Assembly (NCBI GenBank): GCA_013239625.1
Contig: MU053881.1
Location: forward strand, 4,671,957 to 4,735,956
Length of the DNA: 64,000 nucleotides
DNA from: Lama guanicoe
Lineage: Eukaryota
Direction of reading: 5' to 3'
Shown here: one piece after another, positions 61,300 through 64,000 of the stretch
How positions within the stretch are numbered: the first letter of the stretch is position 1
Layout: every line of letters starts with the position of its first letter
Translations under genes and position numbers: made by a program
Notes under the pieces: model-generated
What the model was told of the DNA's origin: nothing
Database searches by the model: none
The model's input: only the letters and a program-made list of their open reading frames with translations

Positions 61300-62320
61300 C
61301 TGATTCCAGTTCTAATGTATCGTTATTTCTGATTTATCTTGCCATTGCATCATAAAACTGAAAACTACTGAAACCTCTGATGGATCATAATTTTGTTAGA
61401 AAGAAGATGGTCATCTTCTTTTCTCCATAATTGTAAAGTATCTTCATCTTTAAATTTATGAACACTAGTAAGAATTTTCTTTGCATCACCTTTGCAAACA
61501 CATCTGACTTCATCATTCGTCCCCTTCAAACTGGATCAAGGAACTCTTGCTAAACAAACACCACAAATGGTAAGAGAATACTGGCCCCCTTCTTTGAGCA
61601 AAACAGGATGGTCCAGGTTCTTGTTGCAAAATATTGGGTGACGAAATCATGCCTGTTGAATGACTAACTGGATGGGAATATCAAACTTCTTTTTGTCCTC
61701 AGAAAGACACTGTTTATCCGTCGATTCTGGAGTTTGAGAAAATTCATCCAGATTATCATATTGTAAAACTCAAGAGTCTGAGGCTCTGCTTACAAAATGA
61801 ACTTTACCGTTATCATTCGAGTCAACATTGCTGTTGTCTCCTCTGATTGGTCTAACTGCTGTAAAACGTTTTCCTTTGTCAATTTTCTTCTCTGTAAATT
61901 TTTCATTTCTGTTTTGTGCAGGAAATGAAAAATTCTGCATGCTCAACTACACACAATGAAAGCAACAAAAATAAACCTACAAAGATGGTGGCCTCTATCC
62001 TCTTTTATACCTTCTTGAAAGATGATATAACACCCTAAGCAATGGAACAAGGAAACTGAAGGGTGAGGCAATCGGGATGATTTATTTCACTGCACATCAT
62101 CCTTTTAGGCGGTTGTTCCCATCACTCATTTTCTTATTACTTTAATATTTTTTAGCACAATTGACAATAACTGATGAATAACGATGAAATAATTCCTCAA
62201 GTGATAAAATGGAAACTATTTCAAGATCCAAGAAGAACAAGATCACTAAGATCCCATGAGGTCTTAGATTTATAAATGGTTCCAATGGTCCCAAATGGGA
62301 CCTTCAAGATAGAATGAGTT
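61300..62320 (-). mobile_element. piggyBac-family DNA transposon relic (Looper-like): 5' end plus decayed transposase N-terminal region
   Basis: Minus-strand translation across stops/frameshifts: RRKLTKENVLQQLDQSEE...NLDEFSQTPES...YSHPVSHSTGMISSPNILQQEPGPSCFAQR...LQLWRKEDDHLLSNKIMIHQRFQ (piggyBac LW...MSRxRF-type motif); terminal palindrome ggtcccaaatgggacc at 62287-62302. Confidence 0.8.
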
Positions 62321-62949
62321 TTGTTCGGTTTTTGTTTAAAAAGTAAGTTTCCTTTGATCTTTGGAAAATTTCCTTTAAAAAGAACCAAAGTCATGCTATG
62401 TCAACCTTTACAAATAGTTAGAACTGCTCAAGAAAAAAAAAAAAAGTCAAAAACTAAAATTGGGTCCTATGGACCCTGATGGTAGGCTGATGGTTAAATC
62501 ATATTCATAGATTTGGTCGTTTTGCGAAGATGTTCAAAATCTAACTCCCTGGAAAACTGCCCCCACAAAAGACTCTTCCTTTACCCACAGTTTCTGGACC
62601 AAACCCCATCAGAGAGAGAGCTCCATATGATGCTCACCCCTGGGCTCCACCAGCACCACCCGCGGAGCACAGGCAGCCCCTGGCCTGGAACACTTTCTCC
62701 TGGAGTTCGTCTCCACACACAGTGAGGAAGCAAAAACCAGGACCCGGCCGGAGGGAAACAGAGAAGGCATCTGGAATACTATTCAGGCTTCAGAGCTAGC
62801 AACACTCAGACCACAATCAGACTCCCTGTGTTTACAGCTTTATCTTCCTCCCAGAAAATGGATTTATTGTTGAGGGAGATAGTGTTTCTATTTTCTCAGT
62901 TTTTTTTTTAATTCTATTTAATCTTTTGTGTTTTCAGTCAATCCATGAC

Positions 62950-63260
62950 TACAGTTTGACTATTAATCTAGGACATAGCGGAAATGTCCAATTCACAAAC
63001 ATCGTGTGTTACAAACCTTTCGGAATCGGTTGTTTTGGGAAATCAGAGTATTTTTCCCTCCAATAAACAATATCGTAAATGATGGCGAGGTTTCCAGACC
63101 AGCCCCACACAAGCCTTTTTAACTCATAACATTGCCGACACCCTGCACTTCTATGGTGAAAATCAGGAGAAAGCAATTTTGTTGCAGTGCCAATAAGCAA
63201 ACTCAGATACGGAAGACATGGTCTCCTTGCTCCTCAATTCTACTTAATGAACAACTAGTT
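62950..63260 (+). mobile_element. Possible Tigger-type relic
   Basis: tacagtttgactattaatc...tatttttccctccaataaacaatatcgtaaatgatggcgaggtttccagaccagccc. Confidence 0.35.
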
Positions 63261-64000
63261 TAATGAAAGAAGATAAGGGGAAAGACGGAGGCTTTCTAAG
63301 GAGAGATCTCTACTCAGAAGAATTTTGGAGGTTGGTAGCAGGAATTTATTGTAATTTTGCCTGTCCAGGGTCACTTGGATACCTTTTTACATTTTCCCTC
63401 ACAGAGGCACACAAAGGAGCCACGATGAAGGCAGATTTGGGGCTCATATAGGAAGACAGCAAAGAATGAGGGAGGAAAAGCACAAGGTTTGGAAGAGATG
63501 TCCTTGACGGTGCAAGTAAAGCATGTTGTTGCCAGAGGGAGATTGCCTAAATCAGTATTAACTGATTTGCTACGGAAATTGAGAAGAGGGAAGACCCAAT
63601 ACTAGTGCCCCAGGCCCTTGAGTCAGGGAGAGGTAAGAGTCCACTCTTCGGTCAGACAGTTTCCTCTCTGACCATAAGGTGGTGCCATCAGCCCAGACAG
63701 CCGGCCCCAAGGGGGCGGGGCTTGCAGTAGGAGGAGCTCCCCACGTGGAAGCCACGTTTTCCACACTGGCTCTGGAACTTACAAAAAGCCTGGACTAGAC
63801 AGCAAGTCTCAACCTACAGGCCACTGCCTCCTCACCCAACAACTTCCCATCCTCCGAGGCACCACCTGCTCACACCTGAGCAAGAACACGTCTCTGGGGA
63901 TGGTGGCAACCCACATCAAGATTCCAGCTGATTCCTTCCCATTCCTCTCATCCATATCCTCCTTCACAGTGTCAGCACTGGGGCCCGGACCTTCTCCCAA

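Overview
This is mammalian genomic DNA, almost certainly camelid (alpaca/llama/camel): five short SINEs have a tRNA-Ala(AGC)-derived head of the camelid Vic-1 type, alongside artiodactyl-type L1 3' ends. I found no recognisable protein-coding gene. The ORF track is best explained by chance ORFs and transposon relics, so the window reads as a repeat-rich intergenic or long intronic segment. Repeats include MIR, L2, old and young L1, many MaLR/ERVL LTRs (MLT1, MLT2, MER21-like, LTR41-like), hAT and Tigger MITEs, and a piggyBac (Looper-like) transposase relic at about 61.3-62.3 kb. The most notable structures not explained by ordinary repeats are: (1) a 58-bp, 57/58-identical inverted copy (24223-24280 vs 25510-25567) with microhomology junction scars, bracketing a pure (CTG)19 that grew inside MER5A; (2) a twin-primed, 5'-inverted L1; (3) a SINE-in-SINE with an apparent 3' transduction; (4) a recursive-splice-like AG|GTAAGT site with a downstream AATAAA, and several minus-strand candidate exons; (5) a tandem E-box with 7-bp spacing; (6) an LTR41-borne CTCF motif. 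I see no convincing evidence of a wholly new biological system. Repeat family names come from recalled consensus similarity and boundaries are approximate, so both need RepeatMasker/Dfam confirmation.
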